Shown here: in pieces, positions 26,434 through 37,836 of the stretch
How positions within the stretch are numbered: the first letter of the stretch is position 1
Layout of the letters: every line of letters starts with the position of its first letter
Notes under the pieces: model-generated
Told to the model about the DNA's origin: nothing
Seen by the model: the letters and a program-made list of their open reading frames with translations, nothing else
Database searches by the model: none
DNA from: Lingula anatina
Taxonomy: Eukaryota; Animalia; Brachiopoda
Direction of reading: 5' to 3'
NCBI GenBank assembly: GCA_051362555.1
Contig: CM120648.1
Location: forward strand, 18,162,587 to 18,226,586
DNA length: 64,000 nt
Made by a program: the position numbers and the translations under genes

Positions 26434-26493
26434 AGAAAACGGCGCAATGGGCCAGGAAACTGGCCACCTTTATGGTATTGATTTTTGTGTACA

Positions 26494-26555
26494 CAGGGGC
26501 GGATCCAGGATTATTTGAAGGGGGAGGGTCTGCGAATGCAAAGTCGACCCTCCCC

Positions 26556-26586
<31 letters not shown>

Positions 26587-26776
26587 ACACTTGGCGTGGG
26601 GTCCGGAGCCCGATAAAGGGCCCCGAAAAAATGGTATTTGAGAGGGCGAACGGTGTCATTTGGTACGGTTTAGAAGTATGATTCAACTAGTCAAAATTCT
26701 AGTTTCAATAGGGGACCGGAAATCGAAGGGGCGGGTCAGGACCCCCCTGACCCCCCCCCCTCAAAATCCGCAACTG
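26494..26776 (+). mobile_element. GC-ended MITE (CAGGGGCGGATCCAGG family)
   Basis: CAGGGGCGGATCC ... AAATCCGCAACTG termini; near-matching 6-bp flanks TGTACA/TCTACA. Confidence 0.7.
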
Positions 26777-26799
26777 TCTACAGTCACAGATGCTGTAAA

Positions 26800-27000
26800 T
26801 ATAGCCGTCACCTGCGTCTGTCTTCGCCGTCACCGTCGTTGCTGTCGCCGTGCACTTTCACCGATAACACAATTAGTAAACCATTCACCTTTTGGCTCGA
26901 AACTTATAGAACTGATGAATATCCAGGCCACGTTCGAAAATCTGCGCGATCAGGCCATTTTTGTGGAAGTTATGCGTTTTTTATTTCAGCATAGGCCTAT
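26800..27000 (+). mobile_element. Possible Helentron-associated (HINE-like) non-autonomous fragment
   Basis: (CGT/GTC)n-like tract followed by ATAAC...AAACTT...GAAGTTATG motifs typical of such elements; no termini defined. Confidence 0.35.
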
Positions 27001-27185
27001 ATGCATGTAAGTTATGAATATTGACATGGAAGCAATTGACTTTTTATACAGTTTTAATATCAACATCACCTGATCATCTGTTGCCACACTATAAAGAGTG
27101 TTCACGAGAGATACCTGTACATGTACATTAAATGTTAGTGCTGAATTATTCACTGAGTACTTTCCTTGTTCTCTGATGTGAACAT

Positions 27186-27320
27186 ATGGCAAAGACATTG
27201 GCAGCAGTCCTCATGGATAATCTTTTGACCTGTGCCATCTGTCTGGGAGAGTATGAGGACCCCCGTGTGCTGCAGAGCTAACATACTTTATGTTATGGTT
27301 GCATATGTGACCATACCAGG
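27186..27320 (+). pseudogene. TRIM-type N-terminal RING finger fragment with in-frame stop
   Basis: MAKTLAAVLMDNLLTCAICLGEYEDPRVLQS*HTLCYGCICDH: C3HC4 pattern with the third Cys lost and a stop; the distal CxxC is absent. Confidence 0.85.
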
Positions 27321-27574
27321 AAAACAATGACCCCTCCCAAAAAAGCCTTTTTTGTATCCTGTTTGAGCTCATTAACTTGTGGTCAACTATGCCATTTTTT
27401 TGTGATACGATCTTGTTCAAGGATACAGGTTCGCCCCAAACCGATTGCTATTTTACCTCAATATGCAAAAGTGTTAAACTGATAATAAAACCTTTGAGTT
27501 GCCTATGCTTTTAAATGGTAATTTCCCTTCACATAAAAAAAAAAAACAAAAAAAAAAAAACATAACAAAACAAA

Positions 27575-28625
27575 AAAGACGTGCTATTACGGGGGAGGGG
27601 GGTCACAAGTTAAACATTCCTATTTGTATAATAATAATAATAATCTTTATTGGAGAATGGCAACCCGAAGGTTGAAGTTATACAATTACATATATGAATA
27701 TTTAAGTCAAGGAAGTCTGGTCATTTTTGCACTGGTGCACTCCCTAGACGGTCTCACCTCCCTGGGGAGCATACAGCTCGGCTGCCACATTAGTCGCTCA
27801 TAGCTAATATAACATTTCTGCACTGCCTGACCAGGCCCCTGCCTCAACCCCTTAGTGCTGAGTGCCAAGCGGGGAGACAACAGGTACCGTTTATAAAGGA
27901 CTGGTATGTCCCCGGACGGGATTTGAACCCACGTCCTCCCGCTCCGGAGGCGGACACTCTAACCACAAGGCCATCCGGTCGGTTTTTAAATATGAATAGT
28001 GCTCTTGATGATCGGGACCTTGCCGACTTTGTGAAAATTTTAAATAATGAGAGAACTCTTAATTGCACACCTATCTAAAACGCCAATGTACTTTAAAGAC
28101 GTGCCTGTCTACACAAGTTAAAAAATTTATAACTCCGAGCTACGCAATTTAAGTTGCAAATGTAACAACATTTACATCATTTCCATCATTGTTAATGCTG
28201 CAGAGGGACTGCCGTGTTACAGAAAGGAAACTTGAACCAAAAAAACAGGAACTTTCCTTTGAATAATTTGTCATTGTTAACTCAAGGTCAACAAGGTCGT
28301 TGCGAAGGCAATATTCTCAAAACAACTTCTCTGCGGAGTATATTCAATGGACACTAAATTTAGTTTTATTTAACTGACCCTGTCACCTGCACGTACATCA
28401 TTATATTGTTCTCCGTTTACCTGCAGAGGGCCATATCAAGAACGCTAACCCCTATAACCAAGATAAACTGATCAGGGCATGGGAATTTACTGACATCAGA
28501 GCTGGGTGCTGAGATATTACTGTTTGAAGAGATTAAATCTGTCTACTCTTGTGGACGCAGGCTGGCACTGTGACAGTAACTGTGTGTTTAAGAGAGAGAT
28601 AAGACACTGTCACCCGAGCAAAATA
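27575..28625 (+). repeat. Dispersed duplicated segment, copy 2 (interrupted by the SINE)
   Basis: Collinear with 21160-21797; SINE inserted after ...ATTTGTAT. Confidence 0.85.
27628..27980 (-). mobile_element. tRNA-derived SINE with (ATT)n tail
   Basis: Pol III A box TGGCCTTGTGG and B box GGTTCAAATCC; central GGCAGCCGAGCTGTATGCTCCCCAGGGAG resembles the Deu/Nin SINE core (from memory); AATAAA plus (ATT)n tail. Confidence 0.85.
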
Positions 28626-29054
28626 TACCAGCACACCTTGAGCATCAGAGATGTTTTGGCATTTATCTTGAGAGGGGGGCTGTGCATCATGCCACATACA
28701 TACAGAAATAATGTAGTTTTAGACGCAGTTAATCTACAAGAAAATGCCGAGTTAATAACAATTGACGTAACTTCTACATACACACACAGAAATGAATAAT
28801 TTTTTTTTGCAATAGACTCATTGTTTGTTGTGCAGTTAAGCACCTAGTTACTACCAGATATATTCTTAGATGGCATTTTGCAAGGAGAGTCTTCTAAAAT
28901 AATCGCTGGATTATTCAGCTTACCTTACAAATGCCCAATCATTGAAATAAATCCTGCATTGTTACCTCTCAAAAACTCGTATTAACACGAGTGAAGGGTA
29001 CTTTTTCAACAAAGATACAAACAATGCCATCCGATTATTTTGTCAGGCCTACCC

Positions 29055-29470
29055 AACTACCAGACGCGGCACCAAATGATCCAGAATTCACCGAAAAACG
29101 GATCGCGCTACCGCTTTAGAAGTTGTGTATCTGTAAGCACTTTGAAGAACATGTATCAGACGCGGCACCCTCCTGTTAGGGGTTAAATAAGGTTTTCATG
29201 GCTACCGGAATGGACACATTTGACGGAGCAAGCATATATGATGATAGTTTTCTGCTGGTGTTACAAGATTTTTTCACCGTCTACACCTGTCGCGCACATG
29301 ACGAAAACGAGGCGCGATACCCGAATGAAAGGTACAGATCGCAGTCGTCGTACAAACTTTGTCCCGGGTTAGGATACTATGGAATGCGTACTGATACACA
29401 CCTTGAAAACCGGTACCGCGATCCGATCTGATGGTGAAATCTGGATCCTTCGGTGCCGCATCTGGTAGTT
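29055..29470. mobile_element. Non-autonomous element with 38-bp imperfect terminal inverted repeats
   Basis: AACTACCAGACGCGGCACCAAATGATCCAGAATTCACC vs reverse complement of 29433-29470 (4 mismatches by eye); no clear TSD. Confidence 0.6.
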
Positions 29471-31611
29471 AAGTAATAGTAGGCCTGTTGATTAATAACA
29501 GAGAAGGAATCTTTAAATGCAATCTGACGCCTATTTGTTGCAGTTACATGTGATCGCTTTTGTTTGTTTCTTGCTACACATCCTTGGTCCCCAAGTTTGT
29601 ATCATTTGGCGAGGTCTTTGGGCAGAATTGCCGAACAAAATGCTGAACGCTGACAATCCTATCGCGCCATCGGAAATGTTTCCAAAAAACGATTTTTGGC
29701 ATCTCGTGCTACTCAAAGATAGTAGACGATGAGCAAGGGTTTCATATGATCGTAAAACTGTTCTGTTAACCTGCCTGTGAATTTTTTTTTTTTTTTTTTT
29801 TTTTTTTTGTCATTTTAACATCTTTCTAGACTGCTGAGATAAATGAATTTCTCCCCATCTAAAAGATATATTCTCATCGTACTAACTGGATCTAACTTTG
29901 CAGGAGTTCTTGCTAATATGACTTCGGTATAATCAGCTCAATTGTCTATATAGTGGCAAGTCCCGTTGGGTAACTAGCAGCTTAATTAGGCGTGCACAAG
30001 CACGGCAGAAGAACGCCTTAGCGGATTGGCTCTCTTGCTTGTCCACAGAGGAAGAAACGTTATTCCTGGTCCTGAGACAATCAACGCAATGAAGTCTAAT
30101 TGGCGTGTTGTGTTGAAAAAATGACTGTACTTATAGCAAAATGAACCCACAATTTCTGACTTCTAATTGAGCAATAAATAACAGTTAAAATGCACCAGAA
30201 TGCAGTAGGCCTATTAGGGCCTATACATACATTTTTTAAAATTTTTCCACACCGTGTATTATATATACAGTTTTTAAACATTTTTCCACACCGTGCTTCG
30301 CCCCCTCGTGTCCGCTTACTGCCCCCCCCCCCCCCTGGCATTTTGCTCAGGCTACGGCCCTGAAGACAGACGCGAATATAACGGAGGCTCATATTGCAGT
30401 TGTATTCTTTTTATTCTTCCGTAAATACAAGTCATGATCTCCATTAGATTAACAGTGAAAACGTTGATGTCTACACCCTCTACTGTAATCCTGTAAAACA
30501 AATATAGTACTTAGACTTCGTTCGTTATTATTTTACCTTTCGTTGCGTTATAATCTAAGTATACTCATTAACTTGTTATACAGTTTCTTTAATGAGGGCT
30601 TTCGCTTACACGCTTTCGCTTACACACTTAAGTTATAAGACTTACTTCTAGGTTTGGACATTATTATTACTTTTGCATTTTAAACTATTAGCCTTTAACT
30701 ATTGTTATAAAATAAAAAAGAGAGTAAATTACCTTGACTTAAAGAAATATGTTAAATGTGAAGCGCTCTTTTGCATGAAACCACATGGTTCAGACATCTT
30801 ACATCAAAAAATAGTACCGGAAGAACAAAAATGACTGCGTTTTAACATTGTAAAAAATATATATATGTTAAACTGCAAAAATGTAAATAATGAAAACCAA
30901 AAGACAATAATAATTTAAAGAAACACAATCACAAAGTGTAAAAGATAAGTAAAATAAGCTATCTGTGTGCAGGACTTATTTCCCGCGTAGTAAAATAAAC
31001 GCAAACGAAAAATGCATACTTCCGTCGCAATCTTGTGAGAGCATCTATCACAATCACTACACTATTATCACTGGCTGCAGTTACAGCGAATACTTTTAAT
31101 CTTATGTCCCCTAGCCAGTTAGTCTGCAATCTCGAGATTATTATTATTATTATTATTATATTTTATTTTTTATGCGATGATTCTTGTGACCTTTAGTAAT
31201 TACTAAGATGTCGGAGTCATCAGCCCGGGAGCCACTGGTCTGCCGCTAGGTGGCTATTAAACAAACCGGAAGTTCGAGAATTTGAATTGGGCAATATTTT
31301 TTGAGATTTATAGGGTGTCATAAACGGTGTATTATCTCGGCTATTAACGTACTTGGGGTTACAATATGTACATTGTCATATTGAGAAATAAATTTCGAAT
31401 AATGTGAGATGACCCAAAAGTTGATCTACAGCATATTTAATGTTGAAAAATGAGTTTGAAATCGAAATTTTATTAAAGCTATTACGGAAGTTCGTTTTTG
31501 ATTTTGATTTTTGTACCTATAGAGGCCTCCGCACAACTTGAAATTACTACAAGTTGTGGAAAATTTGTTCAGCTTTCTGTCAATGTAAGCATGTAAAGAA
31601 CTTTGCCTTAA

Positions 31612-33161
31612 AGGTATACTGTGATGAAAAAACGGGTTAAAACTATCCATTAGGTGCCCAAAAGTCATTTTTGAGTAATGAAAAAAAGTTCTTACGTTTA
31701 TTTAGTTTTTAAAGCCGATTTTATGCAGGTGTGAATGTAGTTTACGTTACTCCCGCGTGGTGGCGCTTTGAGGCGAGTGACGCCACTTGCGTCGAGGCTC
31801 AGAAAGCCATATTCGATTCAGCTATCCGCTTACTTACATTTACTCGATCACAGCAAACTAAAAGCGATACACGCAATTGATTACTACATGATCATTTATA
31901 AATTCAAATTTTTGAAGATAGCTACACAAAAGAAGATGAATTCCCTACGTGGTTATCATTTATTAACCATCAAAATACACCAAAACTATGTTAACAGTAA
32001 AGGTTTGGAAGCAGGGCAGCGAACATAGTTTTTCACACATGCCCATCTGTCGTGTCGGCTAAACGTTCTTATCCCGACTGATAAGAGAAAGTTACCTAAT
32101 ACATGCAGGTGTGACAGCTAACATTATTTTTCACACCCGTGCAGTTTACCAGTGTCATTCCGGGAGAGCCAGGTCAGTGGACAAAAGGCCAAAGATATCG
32201 GACTGATAGCATCGGACACTACATATCACACCTCTGCAACTTACCTCGCTACTTCCGCCTTACACGTGATCAGTGCAGCAGTATGTCGAGTAAAAATTTG
32301 ATTCCACTATCATGTTAATATTAAAGTTTTCACTAACATGACCAAAAAATTCGACAACGTACCTCTGCTACGAACTTTTTTGGGGCTCTAGAAGCTGCTG
32401 TCTTCTAGCTTCCTTTCGACGGCCGCATCATGCACACATCCTACAGGTAAGACTCTCGTCGGCAGCGCTCTGGCATTTACTGTCGCATTTTGGTACTCCG
32501 AAAAATCGAATATACTGGGTACAGCATCATCTTTTAGTTTTCTCCGTGCTTTTCCACCGCACAATTCAGCTCGCAGGTCACGTACGAAGCATTCCGGCTC
32601 GAAGTGGTCGCTACAGATCCTCGCGTGTTTTGACACTGTGCTGGGATTTTTTAACTTCAGAGAATTGAGCCAAATTTTACGTTTTGCGGCATCCGCAGGC
32701 AGGACATAATAGTAGATGTCTCTCTTATCGTAACCTACATTACGGCACCCGGGAGCAACACAACTTTGCGGCATTTTTTTTTCTGACACCTGGATGTTTA
32801 GTCACCTACTGCATAGTATATACTATTACTAGTACAGCTGTGGGAAGCTACTACCCAGGTTACGTCACTAGAAACTGACCAATCAGAATTTTCTCATCTA
32901 AATCTCATCTTTTCTCTCTAAAACTTAAAAAGTGAGATTTTTTGACGTCGATTTATAGTTTTTATACTGTAAAAAAAGCAGTGAACGCTCTGTGTTCCTA
33001 GAGCACAGTAGGCCTTTAAGCTGTGAATGGCACAAATCAATTCACGGCCATGTCAGCCTGAAAACTCTCACTTACGATATCCGCATATAAGCCTCGCTTT
33101 GACTTAGTGCTTTCTCATGAGCTTCAGTCTCGTTTTAGTTTTTCCTTCACACAGTATTACT
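31612..33161 (-). mobile_element. Kolobok-like DNA transposon derivative carrying a THAP exon
   Basis: Left end TTAA|AGGTATACTGTGATGAAAAAAC; degenerate inverse GTTTTTCCTTCACACAGTATTACT at 33138-33161; TTAA target, AGG start and N-terminal THAP are Kolobok hallmarks; no DDE core seen. Confidence 0.6.
32388..32774 (-). CDS. THAP-domain (C2CH zinc finger) ORF, probably first exon of a transposase
   Basis: MPQSCVAPGC...P....RKIW...ICSDHF...LKDDAVPSIF: intact C2CH ligands, conserved P/W/F and AVP motif. Confidence 0.88.
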   Translation of the reverse strand: MPQSCVAPGCRNVGYDKRDIYYYVLPADAAKRKIWLNSLKLKNPSTVSKHARICSDHFEPECFVRDLRAELCGGKARRKLKDDAVPSIFDFSEYQNATVNARALPTRVLPVGCVHDAAVERKLEDSSF

Positions 33162-33898
33162 TATATAGAGCAACTGGGTATTGGGGACAATGAAATAATT
33201 TTTTCTTGGCACTTACCACGGTGCTAATACAAATGAATTTTAACATTTTATTCATTGCAGATAAACCTTTTTATTACATGAGGCCAACTGATGAGGGTAT
33301 TCCTTTCATTAAATATGAAAAATAACAAATGAAAGACAATTTACATTTAATCACATTGCTATATATTTTATTTTAATTTTACATAAAATTCAACTAGCCT
33401 GAAATATTTTACCAGTGAGACATGTACATTGCAAAATAGTTATTTTACATTACATTGTACATTAATTACCCAGTAGGTGATAATTCAATGCTACTTTACT
33501 TGATTGGTACACATTTATATATATTTAACCATCTAACACACAATTTCCCTTTACACAGTGGACCAGAATTTTTACAAATAATATAATTTCATAAATTTTC
33601 CTAAAGATGTCATGTTAATTTTCTTTCAGTGATACCAGGTACCAATCCATATTTGCATTTGAATAAACTTGTTTTACTTGTATTCTGATAAGTAGATATT
33701 ATCTATAAGCTATACACATATATAAAAAACCTGCACAGTAAAAATAAAACAATGTATTGTTAACTTAGTTGCACATACACTTTTAACAAACTTCATGCGG
33801 TTAAAACCTAAATGATTTCACAAACTGCATTTCTATGTACTGATTACCAATAACTATTTATATTAGCAAGAGCACATATATTTCATCCCTTAGAAGTA

Positions 33899-33999
33899 TG
33901 GGGGTCTTAGCACTGATAGGAAGATCGCCTCGAATATACAACTCAACACAGAGAGTTACTGGAGAGACCTTTATTGACACAGAAGTAACCTCCTCTAGA
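33899..33999 (-). repeat. Element B 3' LTR, left part
   Basis: Matches 61022-61122 except one substitution seen by eye. Confidence 0.93.
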
Positions 34000-34420
34000 T
34001 GTCCGGAACCGCGCAAATTTAGATATAAACGTAATTTAGAATTGAGCTCGAAATGCGGACACCGTTAGATAATTTTAATTAGGATAACGCGTTAGTGTAA
34101 TCTACCAGATTCGCGGTCGAAATCTTTACGTCTAAACGCTACAGAGGAAATCCACACTGACAAGAATGACCATTTCCAATCGTTTAATGTGAACTCGTTG
34201 CCTGCTCAGGTACATTCTGCTTCTCTATTCAATATTACACACTTTTAGTCCGTACTCCAGCCAATGGCTTCATGCACTTCTTATCACTGGCTTCTTAATG
34301 CGACAGGTAAACAAGCCTTACTCAGCCTCTTCAAAATTGACACAATGTATTATGGAGAATAATAAAAGTTATGATTTGAAATTATTGACATCGTCCATGA
34401 ATTATTAAATGTCTCCGACA
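34000..34420 (-). repeat. Element A 3' LTR
   Basis: Two substitutions versus 42395-42815 by eye. Confidence 0.97.
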
Positions 34421-34436
34421 TATTCCTCCCTTTCTC
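34421..34436 (-). other. Polypurine tract of element A
   Basis: GAGAAAGGGAGGAATA immediately before the 3' LTR on the minus strand. Confidence 0.85.
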
Positions 34437-35735
34437 AAACAAAGAAAAATAGAATATTTATGAAATTTTTCTTTCTTCATATGTACTGCATTAAAAGGGT
34501 TATATTATGTACCTTAAGTTTTAATAATAATGGAAGCAGTGTGTTGAAATTATGTGCCATGAAATATTTACACCAGAATGAAATATTTACACCAGAATAG
34601 CTATAGTTAGGTAACAATATAAAGAACATTCTAAAATATTATACATTGAGAGATAGGTATTACAATAGGAATGTATCAACCCCGTAAACATATATACCGT
34701 GCAAACTTCAATATTTTTAAACATAGGCATTATCGCCAAAAGGTAAATGCATTGAAAGATTCCAGTTTATAGTGATGATGATGTCATCCGCATCATGTTC
34801 ATAGGTACGCTATATGGTTTAAGGATGTTCAATACTTCTATAATTATAATGAGTAAGAGCAAGCAATCTCGTGAAGCAAATGTAAAACGGTGGTGAGAGC
34901 CGGCTGCGCCAGCCTCTCCCTAATTTTTTCATTTTAGGAAGAGGGACATAGGTTTATCCAATGCTTAGACAGCACAAAAAAAATTATCGAGTTGTCTCTC
35001 GACCATTTGCTTTTAACAGTTCTTTCTTTCTAGTCTTTTGTAATATAATTAGAGTCTATATATCTTGCGCGTAGCCAATGCGAAATAACGACGTCCAGCC
35101 GAACACAAACGAATCGTAGCCCACCATGACGCTCGTAGTACTGATGATAATAGAGACCCGCAGCTGGTATGAAGACCCTCGGAGCGCAGCGTAGAGCACA
35201 GACGACACCAATTCACACCCTCTGGCGCTGTCACATCGTAGCCCCCGAATTAAAGTCTGCCCTAACATGGTGGTTGGCCTGTGGAAATGGGAATTTCCTT
35301 GCGCACTAAAAGTACACTCAAAACATTGCATGGTGAATTCCATGAAAGTAATGAAGGTTTAATGGAAAGCAATAATTGGAAACCGGCATATGTCATCCTT
35401 TTGTTTAGTTCGCTGCAATTTCTAACGGAAATAAGAAAGAAAGTCGTTAGCGTCGTGTACCGGGTCGTTAGCGTCGTGTACCGGAATCGCTCTGTCGCTG
35501 GCCCTGCAATTCGTAACGGAAAAAGAATAAAAATTGTTCGCGTCAAGTACACAAATCAGGTTATCTACCCCACAAGTAATTCGTGATAGTTCATAATTTT
35601 ACGTGACAAACTGCGGGGTGGGTATACCCGCACTTGCTAGATATACACTAAACCCCCTTTTTCATGATTTAATATTAATGAATCTAATTACGAGCTCGCC
35701 ATGTAAAGAAAAAATACTTTACAAATGAAAAGAAA

Positions 35736-37836
35736 TTATTCAATATCATTATATTTTAAAATCCCCAGTGGATCTCTGGAGTACAAGGCGCGAAATGGTT
35801 TCCCCGTTGCAGTCTGCAGTGACACAACATGCTTATCCAACGGTGGTGCGCTAGGCTGAACTACGGTCAACCGACTCGCCGTTGCTTTCTGGCTGGTTTC
35901 ATCTATCGTCTGCAGTTTTGCCTCGTCCGTTTTCCGCTTTCTCTGAAAAATACTACGTTTACATTTCATTAGCCAATATCGTTTTGTGAAGAAAGCTAAC
36001 AACCCCAGTACCATAAAAATCAAAGCAAACGTGCCTAAGTAGCCCCAAATATTATCTTGATCGGGTACCCATTTTGTCCATGGGTCCTCCCTTTCCCACA
36101 AAACCTTCTGCAATGGGACAGTAGATTCAAGCGCCATATCCTTTAAATCCAATGATTTAAGCAGTTTGATGGCGTCTTGTTCCGCTATGATGTCTTTCAA
36201 ATTTAACCTTTTAGTCATGTTTATAGAAATAGGGCGAATTTCGACCTTACCGATTTGATGAATTATGCCCGGTAATGTGTAATCATTCCCTTGTATTTCG
36301 CAACCGTTATCGACATTAATCAAGTAAGTACCCGCGTCGATTTCTAAGGAATGTTCTTCCGAATTATCACACCTTGTGTATAACGTTTCGCCCCAACTTA
36401 TTATCACAAAATGACCGGGATTAATTTCTGTTGCTTTTCCTTTATTTAATTTCTTAGATATTTTAATGTTACACGCTTCCCTATGTTTTACGTCTCCCGT
36501 TATGATTGCGCGCTCACATTTTAAACCCGTTTTATAAAAGGGACCCGACGCACAAATGACTGGATTTTCACCTATGCACGAATCGGGAAAAAATATTTGA
36601 CCTGTTTTGGGGTTAAGGCCTACCATTTCGTAAGGTAATTGAACCTGTGCTGACAGCCCACTTGAATTATATGGCACCGGAAAAGTGAGTATGTTGTGAA
36701 GCCAAAATTGAGCACTGTGTGTCAATGGTATGTTAACCCTGTAAATTAATGTGTCAACGTCATGAATGGGCGAAACAGTGAGAAAACGGTAATACCAAAA
36801 TAAATCATTAATAAATCTCAATGCCTTACCTGAAGTTGCCGTTAATAGAATTTCTCTGAGTTTCCTTGGTGGCAATAATAGTTCCGTCAACCTACCTAAT
36901 TCCAGTGACATCTTTTGTTGATGAAATCTTTCCGAGATTTCCCGCTGGTGATCTATATATTTCTCAAAATTACTTACCGCTCTTTCAATATTGAACGCCA
37001 CCAATAATTTGGTCAAGTTCTTCTGCGTTGTATTTAATCCCTGGATGAGACTGTTGATACGATTAGCTACGCTTTCTCTTAAGTAATGTTGCACCGAGTT
37101 AAGGTGTTGTATGTTTGTGTTTAATGTATTGATTGTTTTATTTACTACCGTCGCCAACATACCCACCGATGGGCTATTTGGCGTCCTTCCTGTCTTGTCT
37201 GTTGAACTAACTTACGACATTGGTCAACACTTTTGTCCGTGCTGATGCCAAAAAGGAAACTAGCCGCCGATCCCACAAAGTCAAACAACCCTCTTTTTGT
37301 CCGAGACGAATGGCGCCCTTCGCCCGGACCGACCGAACCCGCCCTGGCCAGAGCTGGTACGGCCGCCTGAGAGTCCTCTAACTCGTAGAAAAGGTTAAGG
37401 CTATTAGTTATCCTCTGTCGCCACTGTTCCCTGTACCTGGGGTGATATACTCCCCCCTTCGTGCTCTACGCAACTCGGCTTCAATGCTGCCGAACCGATC
37501 CATAATCTCCTCCCTCATTACCCGAGGTTTATCTATGGTTACTAATACCGTCCATACGGCTTTCGTTACCCTCAATGGCTGCCTCTGGGTCACTAGGACA
37601 CCATCAGGTAGCTTCTGTAACTCCCCTTTTATCCCTGGAGTTAAAATCAAAAACAATAAACCTAAAACTATCGTTTTAGAAACCCCTCCTCCTATTTCTG
37701 TATGGAGTCGACTTCCATATGCTCCTCCGACCCACTGTCGGTTATCCTTAACATTTTGACTGGCTGGGGACCCCCTGTTTCGTCCCCTTCCACCTGCGAC
37801 AACAGCGCGTCTCCCTGTTCCGTCGCTTGAAGACAT
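35736..37836 (-). pseudogene. env: Element A env, F-type class I fusion glycoprotein, split by two frameshifts (~37440 and ~37168)
   Basis: Signal-like KTIVLGLLFLILTPGIKG; middle frame gives RTKR|GLFDFVGSAASFLFG (furin site and fusion peptide); heptad region, Cys-rich ectodomain, TM IWGYLGTFALIFMVLGLLAFF. Confidence 0.88.

Noticed and set aside
27905-27980. tRNA gene
   Set aside because: A and B boxes are present but continue into a SINE body and tail; no complete acceptor stem
31221-31238. 18-bp exact inverted match to 62856-62873 (CAGCCCGGGAGCCACTGG) as termini of a giant element
   Set aside because: Similarity does not extend and no TSD is visible
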